NCBI GenBank assembly: GCA_965215505.1
Contig: OZ244065.1
Coordinates: 4,608,001-4,672,000, forward strand
From: Capsulimonadaceae bacterium
GTDB lineage: Bacteria; Armatimonadota; Armatimonadia; Armatimonadales; Capsulimonadaceae
Direction: 5' to 3'
Length of the DNA stretch: 64,000 nt
Below, one piece after another: positions 8,846-18,030 of this stretch. Each line of letters opens with the position of its first letter. Position 1 is the first letter of the stretch. Below the pieces are notes generated by a model that ran no database searches, had not been told where the DNA came from, and saw nothing but the letters and a program-made list of their open reading frames with translations. A program made the translations under genes and the position numbers.

Positions 8846-9355
8846 TCACCCCTCAATCGCCGCCTTTATCCGCGCCTGCGTCGCGGCCACGTCCTCCCAT
8901 CCCAGTATCTTGACCTCGTGCTGCTCCAGCACCTGGTAGATCTCGAAGAAGTGCTGTATTTCCAAGAGCGTGTGGGCGGACAGGTCGTTCAGGGAGTGGA
9001 TGTGGTCGAAGCGCGGGTCGGCGACCGCGACCGAGAGGACCTTGTGGTCTTCCCCCCGGTGGTCGTTCATCAGCAGGGCACCGATGGGGCGGGCGACGAC
9101 GAGGCAGCCGCAGAAGGTGGGGTTGGACGACATCACCATGACGTTCAAAGGCTTGCGCTGGCCTTTGCCTTTCGTCCCGCAAACCCAGCCGTAGTCGCAG
9201 GGGTAATGCAGAGGCGAAAACAAGGTGTGGTCGTAGCGGAAGACGTTGGAGTCCGGGGTGTACTTGTACTTGTTGGAGGAGCCTTTCGGGACCTCGACGA
9301 TCGTGTTGACTTCGACCGGCGCGGCGGCCCCCGCCGGGATGTCTTCGTGCTGCAT
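8846..9355 (-). CDS. Family I inorganic pyrophosphatase homologue with a degenerate active site
   Basis: IVEVPKGSSNKY, YPCDYG, DHRGEDHKV, EIQHFFEIY. The DGDPLD motif is replaced by GQRKPLN. Confidence 0.85.
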   Translation of the reverse strand: MQHEDIPAGAAAPVEVNTIVEVPKGSSNKYKYTPDSNVFRYDHTLFSPLHYPCDYGWVCGTKGKGQRKPLNVMVMSSNPTFCGCLVVARPIGALLMNDHRGEDHKVLSVAVADPRFDHIHSLNDLSAHTLLEIQHFFEIYQVLEQHEVKILGWEDVAATQARIKAAIEG

Positions 9356-9475
9356 GGGTCGTGTCTCCTGCCTCTATTATAACGCTATTACACTCGGAGC
9401 GGGGCGGAATCGGGTATAATAAGGCGCTTTTATTTGCACTTCTTGTGCATCACTGCGCGCTTTCCAGGAGGACGC

Positions 9476-11149
9476 ATGAGCAACGAACACGAAACCCAGC
9501 CCCAGACACGGACCGAAATCCAAGACCTCGTCCCGGTCGAACCCGTCCACGACTTGACTTCCAGCGTCGCCCGCATCGAGGCGGCCCCGACGCTGGCCGA
9601 GAAGGGGAGCCTGCTGCGCGCCCTGTCCCCCGAGGCCCGGCACCAGACGCTGGCCGCCCTGCCCGCACCGGTCGTCGCCGCCCTGATCGAAGGCGACCCC
9701 GAGCAGAACACGGCCCTGATCGCGAACCTCCCCGCCGAGAAGTACCGGCAGGTCATCAACCTCGGCACGCCCGCCCAAGGGCGGTCCTGGCTGGAGCGCG
9801 CGGTCGGATCAGGGACACTGGCCGGGACGATCCTGCCCTCCCTGATGACCGCATCCGACCTCGCCGACATGCTCATCACCGACCCCAGCGTCCGCCGCGC
9901 CCTGCCCCGGCTGCTCAATTTCGAGCGGGCCGAGCGGTGGCGTCAGCTCCTGACCACCAACGAGTGGCACAAGAACATTGACGAGCTGCTGATGGCCGAC
10001 ACCGACGAGCTGCTCCGAAAAGCCCAGATCAAGAACAAGGCCGTCCGGGACGTCCTTCTGTCCCTGCTGGACTACGTCCCCGAGCTTTACCTGGAGGTGG
10101 TCAACCTCGCCCGCGACCGGGCCGCCCGCATGGACGAGCATACGGACGAGCTGGAAGACATCACCACCATGCCGTTCGGCATCCCCGAACTCGCCGGCAG
10201 CGGTGCATCCCCGCTGGGCGTCGGGGCGCGCGACCCGGAGGCACCCGTCTCGCCGCTCGCCGACCTGATCCCCGAGGGCGGCGACCCCGTGTTCGCCCTC
10301 GCCACGGCTGGCCTGGGCGCGGCGCGCAAGGCCGTACTCGAAGACCAGCTCAAGGTCCTGCTGCGCGACGAGATCGTCGCCACCGCCTCGTTCGCCACCG
10401 CCGACATGCAGCGGGCGGCGGGCCGGGTCCTGTTCTACCTGCGCGCCGGCTTGGAGTCGTTCGGCCCGACATTGGGCGATGCCACCCGCGCGCTGGACAC
10501 GCGCCCGCTTTCCGAGATCAGCGCCATCGGCGCGCGGCTGGCGGAAGGCTACCGGCAGCGTGCCCTGGCCCTGTCCGGCCTGCGCGACTGGCTGGACGGC
10601 CGCCAGCGGCAGTTCCTGGACGCCATGCGCCAGCCTGAGGCGGGCGTTGACGCCGCGACGCGCGAGCCGGTGATGTACCTCGCCGACCGCCCCAAACAGG
10701 AGCGGGCCGAGTGGCATCCCGCCCCACTCTCCGAGGTCGTGGGCCGCCTGGACGACATCGCTGCCTGGGGACCACTGGCCCGTGCCGCCTTCGGCTCCAC
10801 CGACCGCATGCACACGATCTACACCACGGCCCGGACGCGGACCTGGGACGAGGCCCTGCGCCGGACTGTCCTGGCCCTGGTCCTGTACCGCCGCTGGGAG
10901 CCGGAGCTGATCCGCCCCGCCGAGGACTACGCTGCCTTCCGCCGCCAGTACGGGACCGGCAAGAAGAACGGCATCGATGAGGCCCGCCAGATCCTCCTGG
11001 ACGCCCTCGACTCCACCCCCGACGCGGCCTGGAAGCCCTCCGACGCCAAGGCCCGCGCCCGCGAATTGCTGCTGCGGGCCGTCGCCGAGATCGAAACCAT
11101 GCCGCTGCCGGGCGCAGTGGCGGGGCGGCGGGGCGCGCAGAACGGGTGA
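9476..11149 (+). CDS. Hypothetical helical protein (557 aa)
   Basis: AGGAGG RBS; long ORF with strong GC3 bias; no motif I can name confidently. Confidence 0.8.
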   Translation: MSNEHETQPQTRTEIQDLVPVEPVHDLTSSVARIEAAPTLAEKGSLLRALSPEARHQTLAALPAPVVAALIEGDPEQNTALIANLPAEKYRQVINLGTPAQGRSWLERAVGSGTLAGTILPSLMTASDLADMLITDPSVRRALPRLLNFERAERWRQLLTTNEWHKNIDELLMADTDELLRKAQIKNKAVRDVLLSLLDYVPELYLEVVNLARDRAARMDEHTDELEDITTMPFGIPELAGSGASPLGVGARDPEAPVSPLADLIPEGGDPVFALATAGLGAARKAVLEDQLKVLLRDEIVATASFATADMQRAAGRVLFYLRAGLESFGPTLGDATRALDTRPLSEISAIGARLAEGYRQRALALSGLRDWLDGRQRQFLDAMRQPEAGVDAATREPVMYLADRPKQERAEWHPAPLSEVVGRLDDIAAWGPLARAAFGSTDRMHTIYTTARTRTWDEALRRTVLALVLYRRWEPELIRPAEDYAAFRRQYGTGKKNGIDEARQILLDALDSTPDAAWKPSDAKARARELLLRAVAEIETMPLPGAVAGRRGAQNG

Positions 11150-11156
11150 CATGCCG

Positions 11157-11969
11157 TTACGGGGGCGGTCCGAAGGGCGGCGGGGGGCCGAACGATGGGG
11201 AAGGGCCAAAGGGCGGGGGCGGCCCGAACGGCGGGCCGAAGCCATCCGGCCCGCCCGGCCCATCCGGGTGGTCGAAGTTCTTGACCTCCACGACCCCGTG
11301 ATAGCCGCCGAGGATGTACGGGTAGCCCGCCGTCACATGATAGTGGTAGCCTCGAACCTTGTCCTGATGCCCATTACAGGAGTCCAAGTCTTTCGGCGGC
11401 TGGCCGTTCTCCCCGTTCGGGCCGTAGATGGGGAAGCCGTCGAAGGCGTAGCCGATGAGCGCGGAATGCTTGCCCTTCGCGTCCTTGAACGGTGAATGCA
11501 GGCACACTGGGTACTTGTGATAGTGGTAGCGGCCCTGGGGGTCAGGGTGGCCGCAGCAGGAGTCGAAGGTCTCCAGTTTCACGGCGTCCTCCCCCTCGCC
11601 GTTGTACTGGTTATAGAACGGAATGCCGTTGACCGCGACCCCGATCGGGCCGAAGGGGGTCGGCGTGACCTTCGCGGCCAGGCGCGGGTGGCGGGGGATG
11701 AGGAAGCGGTAGTGCTGCTTCAGGATCGGGTTCGGGTTGTCGGCGTTCGGAAAGTCGCCGTGCGGGTGGTTCGGGATGCCGTCGCTCTCCACGATCATGT
11801 CGTCTCTGTCCGACGTCACCTTGACGTTGGCATCGAACGGCGTTTTTCCTGGCGCCGGGGCCGCCGGGGCGGGGCGGCCCGCTGGCGGCTCGGCGAGGGT
11901 GACGCCGGACAGCAGGAGTGTCCCCGCACAGAGCATTGGCCGGACGAGTCGGATGAGAGCGGTGTCCAT
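11157..11969 (-). CDS. Secreted YHYH-domain protein with Gly/Pro-rich tail
   Basis: Signal peptide; GIPNH, GPIGVAVNGIPF, GHP..G.YHYH, GYAFDGFPIYG, LD.CNGH..YHYH; C-terminal FGPPPP repeats. Confidence 0.9.
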   Translation of the reverse strand: MDTALIRLVRPMLCAGTLLLSGVTLAEPPAGRPAPAAPAPGKTPFDANVKVTSDRDDMIVESDGIPNHPHGDFPNADNPNPILKQHYRFLIPRHPRLAAKVTPTPFGPIGVAVNGIPFYNQYNGEGEDAVKLETFDSCCGHPDPQGRYHYHKYPVCLHSPFKDAKGKHSALIGYAFDGFPIYGPNGENGQPPKDLDSCNGHQDKVRGYHYHVTAGYPYILGGYHGVVEVKNFDHPDGPGGPDGFGPPFGPPPPFGPSPSFGPPPPFGPPP

Positions 11970-12458
11970 GTTTTCCCCTGACGCGGCACTGTAGCCGTAA
12001 GTGGAAGCCGCCGCGAATGGCGGAAGCCCCATCCATGCTTGTTCGCTAGGGACGGCCTGATTTCCTCCATTGCAGCCTTCGGAGACAGAGCGATGGCGTA
12101 TCGACGTTGCTTCCGTGCCATAACCCGACCATGCCATGAATGGTAGGGCTATTCCGCGAAGACGCTGCAAACCCCCGCTTCTGCACTGGTCAGAACTGGC
12201 TACTCGGAGGGCAGACCCGGAGGGCGTGGGGCTAGGGGAGGCCCCTCTCGGAGTGCCGCGAATCTGAGTGCCGCGAAGCGGTACTTCTTGGCGCCCTCGC
12301 CGCGTAGCCGTGCGTTTCAACGCATGGTTGGGGTATATGCGATTGCCCTGCCTTCGGAGAGGCGGCCCTTGTGTTCGCCCTCCGTTTGGCGTATAATACC
12401 TATATGACAACGGCCTGTCCCCTCCCAAGAGGGCGGGAGCGGGCACAGAGGAGACACC

Positions 12459-12884
12459 ATGAAACTCACAGCAGTTTATTCAGTTTCCACCCTCAGCGTC
12501 GGCCTCGCCCTGGCTGGCGGTCTTGGGCAGGGCGACACGCGGCTGCCGGCGGCATTTGTGCAGCCGCCGACACTGCGCCTCCCCGCCCCCAAGCCGCGCG
12601 CTTTGCCGCTTCCACGCATGGTCATTCCTAAAGCGCCGCCGTTGAGTGTGCCCGGCGACGTGATGCCGCACTCCTACATGGTCTACGGCCTGCGGACCGG
12701 GCCGGGCGGCATGGCCTTCACCGACCGTAGTGGGGCGGTCATCCCCGTGCCCTCCAACGCGCAGATCCAGATGGGGCCGTTCAACGCGCGCCCCTTCTCG
12801 CCGCAGATCTTCCCACCCACGTTCACCCTGCCGAAGCTCACAGTGCCTAAGCTTAACCTGCCGAAGATCACCCTTCCAAAATAG
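12459..12884 (+). CDS. Hypothetical exported Pro-rich protein
   Basis: GAGGAG RBS, signal-like N-terminus, C-terminal (T/N)LPK repeats. Confidence 0.6.
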   Translation: MKLTAVYSVSTLSVGLALAGGLGQGDTRLPAAFVQPPTLRLPAPKPRALPLPRMVIPKAPPLSVPGDVMPHSYMVYGLRTGPGGMAFTDRSGAVIPVPSNAQIQMGPFNARPFSPQIFPPTFTLPKLTVPKLNLPKITLPK

Positions 12885-12935
12885 ACCGAAGCAAACGCCG
12901 CCCGCCGCCGTTTATCTCAGTGGAGGTGACAGCGC

Positions 12936-13487
12936 GTGGATGATGTCCTGGATGATGACGCCCTGATGCGGCGGGCGGCGGACGGGGACGCGCAGGCGTT
13001 CGGCCTGATCGTGCGGGCGCACCAGGGCCGCCTGGTGCGCTTCGCCGCCCGCCTGCTCGGCGACGCCGAGGCGGCCCAGGATGCGGCCCAGGAGGCGTTC
13101 CTGCGCCTGTGGCGTCTGCGGTCCCGCTACCAGCCGCGCGGCTGCCTGCAAGCCTACCTCCTGCGGACGGTACGAACCGTCTGCCTCGACCGCGTCCGCG
13201 CCGCCCGCCCCTGGGAGGCGCTGGACGAGGGCGTTGACACGGCCGCCCCCGACCCTGCCGCCCTGGCCCAAGAGCGCGGCCTGGCCGATGCCGTCCGCCG
13301 GGCGGTGCTGTCCCTGCCTGAGCCGCAGCGTGCCGTCTTCCTCCTCAGCCACTACGAGGGGCTTTCCTACGCCGAGATCGCCGAGGCGCTGGACTGCCCC
13401 CTCGGCACGGTCGCCTCCCGCAAGCACCAGGCGACCGAAACCTTGCGGCGCAGACTCGCGCCCTGGAAGGACCCCCATGACTTGTGA
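12936..13487 (+). CDS. ECF RNA polymerase sigma factor
   Basis: AQDAAQEAFLRLW (region 2); LPEPQRAVFLL..YEGLSYAEIAEALDCPLGTVASR (region 4). Confidence 0.92.
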   Translation: MDDVLDDDALMRRAADGDAQAFGLIVRAHQGRLVRFAARLLGDAEAAQDAAQEAFLRLWRLRSRYQPRGCLQAYLLRTVRTVCLDRVRAARPWEALDEGVDTAAPDPAALAQERGLADAVRRAVLSLPEPQRAVFLLSHYEGLSYAEIAEALDCPLGTVASRKHQATETLRRRLAPWKDPHDL

Positions 13488-13872
13488 CATGCTACAGCCC
13501 CAGCTCACGGCCCTGCTGGACAGCGAGCTTACCCCCGAGATGGCTGCCGAGGCCGAGTATCACCTGGCCTCCTGCCCCGAATGTGCCGAACTCCGGGCCG
13601 GACTCGCGGCGACCGGGAAGATGGCCGACGCCTGGACCATCGCCGCGCCCGACATCGCCGGCCGCGTCCTGCGGGCCGTCGTGTCCGACGACAAAGCCCT
13701 CCTGCTCGACGAGATGCGCCTCCTGCGGGCCGAGATGCAGGACTTGCGCGCTGAAGTGGCTGCCTTGCGTGGACAGCTTGGGCGACGCCCCGGCCCGCCC
13801 GCGTGGACGCCACCGGCCCGGCCGGACTATGCACGAATGGAGAATGACCCATGGAACTCGACACGCTCTTAG
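13477..13872 (+). CDS. zf-HC2 anti-sigma factor (soluble, coiled-coil C-terminus)
   Basis: MTC...LLDSEL...HLASCPEC; overlaps the sigma gene stop. Confidence 0.88.
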   Translation: MTCDMLQPQLTALLDSELTPEMAAEAEYHLASCPECAELRAGLAATGKMADAWTIAAPDIAGRVLRAVVSDDKALLLDEMRLLRAEMQDLRAEVAALRGQLGRRPGPPAWTPPARPDYARMENDPWNSTRS

Positions 13873-14891
13873 CCGAAGTGACCGAACGCGGTGCCTCCGA
13901 CCTGCACCTGGCCGCCGGTCAGCCCCCCGTCTTCCGCGTCGCAGGCGAACTCCTGCCGGCCCCCCTGCCTCCGCTGACACCGGAAGCCGTAAACGCCTTG
14001 CTGCAAACCGCCCTGCCGGAAGATAAACTGGCCGGGGCGCGTCTCGGCAATGACTTTTCCGCCACCCTGCGCCACGATGGACACACCTTCCGGTGCCGGG
14101 TCTTCCGCGAGCGCGGCAACCTCGCCGCCGCCGTCCGCATCATCCCGGACAACATCCCGACGCTCGACGACCTGCACCTGCCGCCGGTCTTCGAGACGCT
14201 GACGCAGTGCAGGCGCGGCCTGATCCTGCTGTCCGGCCCGACCGGGAGCGGCAAGTCAACGACCCTGCTTTCCATGGTGGACCACATCAACCGGACACGG
14301 GCGGAGCGCATCTACACCGTCGAGGACCCGATGCTGTATGTCCTGCCCAGCCGCCTGAGCCTGGTCACGCAGCGCGTCGTCGGCGAGGACGTGGAAACCT
14401 ACGAGCGCGGGCTTCTGTCGGTCATGGACGCCGACCCGGACGTCATCCTGATCGGCGAGCTGCGGACGCCCGAAACGGCCCGGCTCGCGCTGGAACTGGC
14501 AAATTCAGGCCACCTGATCTTCTCGCAGATGACGGCGGAGACGGTCGCCGACGCCCTGGCCCGCCTGCTGACGCTGCTCGGCGAGCCGGCCGACCAGGCG
14601 CGGCGCCTGCTGGCCCGGACTGTCCAGGCGGTCATCGCCCAGAACCTGCTGCCCCGCGCCGCCCCCACGGGCCGCGTCGCCGCCAATGAGATCCTGATCG
14701 CGACCCCGCGCGTCCGCCGGATGATCGCCGATGGCCAGACCGACCCATCCCTGCTGGCCCTGGCGATGGAGGCATCCGCCCAGGACGGGATGCAGACGAT
14801 GGACGATGCGCTTCTGCGCCACTACGCCGACGGCGTCATCAGCCGCGCGGCGGCGGAGGGGTATTTGAAGGAGAAGGGGCGGCTGGTCTGA
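13851..14891 (+). CDS. PilT/PilU-family ATPase paralogue
   Basis: GASDLHL, GPTGSGKST, EDP, DPDVILIGELR, GMQTMD. Confidence 0.9.
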   Translation: MELDTLLAEVTERGASDLHLAAGQPPVFRVAGELLPAPLPPLTPEAVNALLQTALPEDKLAGARLGNDFSATLRHDGHTFRCRVFRERGNLAAAVRIIPDNIPTLDDLHLPPVFETLTQCRRGLILLSGPTGSGKSTTLLSMVDHINRTRAERIYTVEDPMLYVLPSRLSLVTQRVVGEDVETYERGLLSVMDADPDVILIGELRTPETARLALELANSGHLIFSQMTAETVADALARLLTLLGEPADQARRLLARTVQAVIAQNLLPRAAPTGRVAANEILIATPRVRRMIADGQTDPSLLALAMEASAQDGMQTMDDALLRHYADGVISRAAAEGYLKEKGRLV

Positions 14892-15061
14892 TCCTCTCCC
14901 GTCTCACAAGTTCGCCACCCTCCCCTCGGAGGGAAGGGTTCCGGAAGACAAGAAAGCCGCTGCCTCTTGCCGCATGTTTAGGCTTCCGCGTGTGACTGAG
15001 GCTTTCTGAGCCCCTTCCCTCCGAGGGGAGGGTGGCGAACTTGTGAGACGGGAGAGGATCA
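14889..15061. repeat. Palindromic MITE/REPIN-like element with perfect 50-bp inverted repeats
   Basis: 14889-14938 is the exact reverse complement of 15012-15061. Confidence 0.9.
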
Positions 15062-16216
15062 TCCCCACGCCACCCGCCCCCCGACCAGAGTCCACGCCAC
15101 CGCCCCCGTCGCCGGGTCCAAGATGACTAAATCCCCCGCCTTCCCCAGCGCGATCTCGCCAAACCGACCACCCAGCCCCAACTGCCGGGCCGCATTGCCG
15201 CTTGACAGCCGCGCCGCGTCTGGCAGGCTGACCCCGGCGAAGCGCCTGACGTTGGCGAACGCCCGGTTCATGGTCAGCACGCTGCCCGCCAATGTCCCGT
15301 CGGCGAAGGCCGCCGTGCCGTCCCGGACGAAGATCGGCTGGCCGCCCAGGGCGTACTCGCCGTCCGGCATGGCCGCGCCTTCAATGGCATCCGTAATCAG
15401 GACCGCCCCGGACGCGCCCTTGGCGGCGACGATCAGCTTGACGATAAGCGGGTCCAAATGAACGCCGTCCGCGATGATCTCGCAGACGACCTCCGGCTGG
15501 GCCAGGACCGCGCCGACCGTCCCCGGCTCCCGGTGGTGCAGCCCGCGCATGGCGTTGAAGGTGTGCGTCGCCTGCGCCGCCCCCCCCCCGATGGCCGTCA
15601 GCACGTCCGCCGCCGTCGCGTCCGTGTGGCCGAGGGATACGATGACGCCCTCAGCCCGCGCCAGCCGGATGACCCCCTCCGCCCCCGGCACTTCCGGTGC
15701 CAGCGTGATCTGCCGGACAGTCCGCCCCGACAGCGCGATCCAGTGCGCCAGTTCCTCCGCGTCCGGCGGGCGGACAAACGCGAGCGGCTGCGCGCCCCGC
15801 TTGGATGCACAGATGTACGGCCCTTCGAGGTGAATGCCGAGGATGCGCGCCTCGCCCTCGCCCGGCCCTGCCTCCTGAACCTCCCGCGCCGCCGCAATCG
15901 CCCGGTCGGTATCCTCCCGTGAGGCCGTCAGCGTCGTCGCCAGCAGCCCCGTCGTGCCGAACCGGGCATGGGTGCGGGCGACCTGCCGTGCCGCCTCAAC
16001 CGTCCCGTGCATGAAGTCCGCCCCGCCCCCGCCGTGGACGTGCATGTCTAGGAAGCCGGGCAGGACGAGCAGCCCCGAGGCGTTTATGTCCCCGCTCCGG
16101 GGCGGCGACGTGCGCCGCGCTCCGACCTCGGCGATGTCGCCCGCGTCGTCCAGGGTGACTGCCCCGCCGGGCAGGACGCCACCCGCCGTCACGATGTCGC
16201 CGGTGATTGTAAGCAT
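15059..16216 (-). CDS. nagA: N-acetylglucosamine-6-phosphate deacetylase
   Basis: PGFLDMHVHG, GIHLEGPY, TLAPE, GHT, THTFNAM, DGVH, TDA, LAGS. Confidence 0.95.
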   Translation of the reverse strand: MLTITGDIVTAGGVLPGGAVTLDDAGDIAEVGARRTSPPRSGDINASGLLVLPGFLDMHVHGGGGADFMHGTVEAARQVARTHARFGTTGLLATTLTASREDTDRAIAAAREVQEAGPGEGEARILGIHLEGPYICASKRGAQPLAFVRPPDAEELAHWIALSGRTVRQITLAPEVPGAEGVIRLARAEGVIVSLGHTDATAADVLTAIGGGAAQATHTFNAMRGLHHREPGTVGAVLAQPEVVCEIIADGVHLDPLIVKLIVAAKGASGAVLITDAIEGAAMPDGEYALGGQPIFVRDGTAAFADGTLAGSVLTMNRAFANVRRFAGVSLPDAARLSSGNAARQLGLGGRFGEIALGKAGDLVILDPATGAVAWTLVGGRVAWG

Positions 16217-16408
16217 GGGTGTCTATTGCTGAAAAGAGCCGGGGAGTCCTTCTTGATGCTCAGTCCCCCCCAGATTTCAATCCGGGAACACCATGCCCCC
16301 GCCGCCTCCTGCAAAATAACCCCGCACCCCGCCAACAAACGCCCCCGTTTCTGCCACTATCACTGTGAAGGCCAGCAACATGAAGGCCAGCGCCATGAGG
16401 AGCAGTGC

Positions 16409-16900
16409 TTGAAACCAGACCCGCGCGCCGACTTCCCGGCCTTCTACCGACAGCATGGCGACCAAATCTACCGGTTCTGCTACCGGCTGTCCGGCAGCGC
16501 CTCCGATGCGGAAGACCTGACGCAAGAGGTCTTCCTGGCCGCCTTCCAGGGCGCGGGCCGGTTCGAAGGCCGGGCCTCCGTCCAAACCTGGCTCTACCGC
16601 ATCGCCCTGAACTGCTGGCGGCAGACGCGCCGCGCGCCCCGCCTGGACACGACACCTTTGGAAGACGCGGCCCACGCGGGGCCGGGCTTGGAACAGTCCG
16701 TGACCGACGCCGCCTCCCTGACCTGTGCGCTGGCCGCCCTGCCGCCCGACCTGCGCGAAGCCTTCCTGCTGGTCAAGGCGGAGGGCCTGACCCACCGCGA
16801 GGCGGCGCAAATCCTTGACGCCCCGCTGGGGACCGTGCAGTTCCGGGTACACACCGCCGCCTGCCGCCTGCGTGTCCTGCTGACCGAGGAAAGAGACTGA
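16409..16900 (+). CDS. ECF RNA polymerase sigma factor
   Basis: TTG start after GAGGAG; DAEDLTQEVFL, TWLYRIALN, EGLTHREAAQIL..PLGTV. Confidence 0.9.
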   Translation: MKPDPRADFPAFYRQHGDQIYRFCYRLSGSASDAEDLTQEVFLAAFQGAGRFEGRASVQTWLYRIALNCWRQTRRAPRLDTTPLEDAAHAGPGLEQSVTDAASLTCALAALPPDLREAFLLVKAEGLTHREAAQILDAPLGTVQFRVHTAACRLRVLLTEERD

Positions 16901-16902
16901 CC

Positions 16903-18030
16903 ATGACCTGTGACCAAATACAGCCGCTTCTAGACGCCTTCACCGCCCATGAACTGGGGTGGGGGACGGCCTGGCGCGTCCGCCGCCACCTCGCCGCCTG
17001 CCCCGCCTGCACGGCGGAACTCGCCGAAATCCACCGCCTTGACAGCCGCGTCCGCGCCTGGCGCGACGTGCCCGCCCCGGCCCATCTGCAAAGCCGCATC
17101 GCCGCCGCGCTGCCCTCCGCCCCGCCTGTTTCTGCGCCCCGCCGCCGCCCGGTCACGGCCCGCCGCGTTGCCGTTGGGCTGGTGGGCATGGCCGCCGCCG
17201 GGGCTGCCTTCTTCTGGCTCACACCGGGTCAGCCTGGACGACCGACTATGGCCTTTGCCGACGTGGAGCAGGCCATGGAGCAGGTACAAACCGTCTCCTG
17301 GGATGAGACGATGATGTTCTATCGGGCCGGTCATCCAGTGGAGCGCAGTGCCTCTCGTTGGACCAAGTGGCTGCGACGGAACCCGCCCGCTCTAGCGTCG
17401 AACGGTGGGTTCCAAGACGTGCGGTTCCAAGACGTAGAGGATGCAAGGGGCGATCTCACCCGGATCGCGCCGGGCCGCTATGTGGTCTTTAAGTTGCGCG
17501 ACCGTAGGGACGGCAGCATCGCGACGAAAGTAGAAGCACATATCCGAGAGATCACCCAGCCGCAGAACGCCCAGCCGCCGATCGGCCACGGCCTCTTAGG
17601 TGCCGGTGCCGACCGCGTCGAATTTTCACCAACGCGGCAGCGGCATGTTACCCTCGACGGTCAGGATCGGATCTTATTCACCCGTGACCAGGATATGATC
17701 TCAGTGTCTCGGGACAAGTCTGAAAATCATTCCTACTTCCACATAAAAGTCTGGGCGGACCCGATCACCCATCGTGTCGTCCGCATAGAGGCACATAGCC
17801 CTGACGGCGGGGGTAAGACGGGGCCAGACGAAATGGTCCTCACACGAAATAACTTTCACTATAACCAGACGCCCCCGCCGGGCGTGTTCGACTGGTCCCC
17901 GCCTCTGGGGGCAAAGATATATGGTGAGATGGATGGCTTCAGCGCTATGATGCATGAGATAACTCATGCTATGCTTTCTCAGAGACGCCATGCTGCCGCC
18001 CCCGATACCCCTGCGCCGTCTCGCCGGTGA
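16903..18030 (+). CDS. Membrane-bound zf-HC2 anti-sigma factor with an extracytoplasmic domain
   Basis: MTC..HLAACPAC, one TM helix, AFADV motif, C-terminal YNQTPPPGVF (LolA-like ending). Confidence 0.85.
   Translation: MTCDQIQPLLDAFTAHELGWGTAWRVRRHLAACPACTAELAEIHRLDSRVRAWRDVPAPAHLQSRIAAALPSAPPVSAPRRRPVTARRVAVGLVGMAAAGAAFFWLTPGQPGRPTMAFADVEQAMEQVQTVSWDETMMFYRAGHPVERSASRWTKWLRRNPPALASNGGFQDVRFQDVEDARGDLTRIAPGRYVVFKLRDRRDGSIATKVEAHIREITQPQNAQPPIGHGLLGAGADRVEFSPTRQRHVTLDGQDRILFTRDQDMISVSRDKSENHSYFHIKVWADPITHRVVRIEAHSPDGGGKTGPDEMVLTRNNFHYNQTPPPGVFDWSPPLGAKIYGEMDGFSAMMHEITHAMLSQRRHAAAPDTPAPSRR

Noticed and set aside
8473-8913. 146-aa ORF between the nuclease and pyrophosphatase-like genes
   Set aside because: Built from palindromic repeats, with no RBS and atypical codon use.
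11970-12446. Long N-terminal extension of the YHYH ORF, or a separate gene in this gap
   Set aside because: The signal peptide begins at 11969. The upstream stretch has non-coding-like composition, a partial REP and no recognisable motif.
16366-16400. 15-bp direct repeats (TGAAGGCCAGC..CA) upstream of the second ECF gene as a regulator site
   Set aside because: Only two good copies and no matching site elsewhere; indistinguishable from local slippage.
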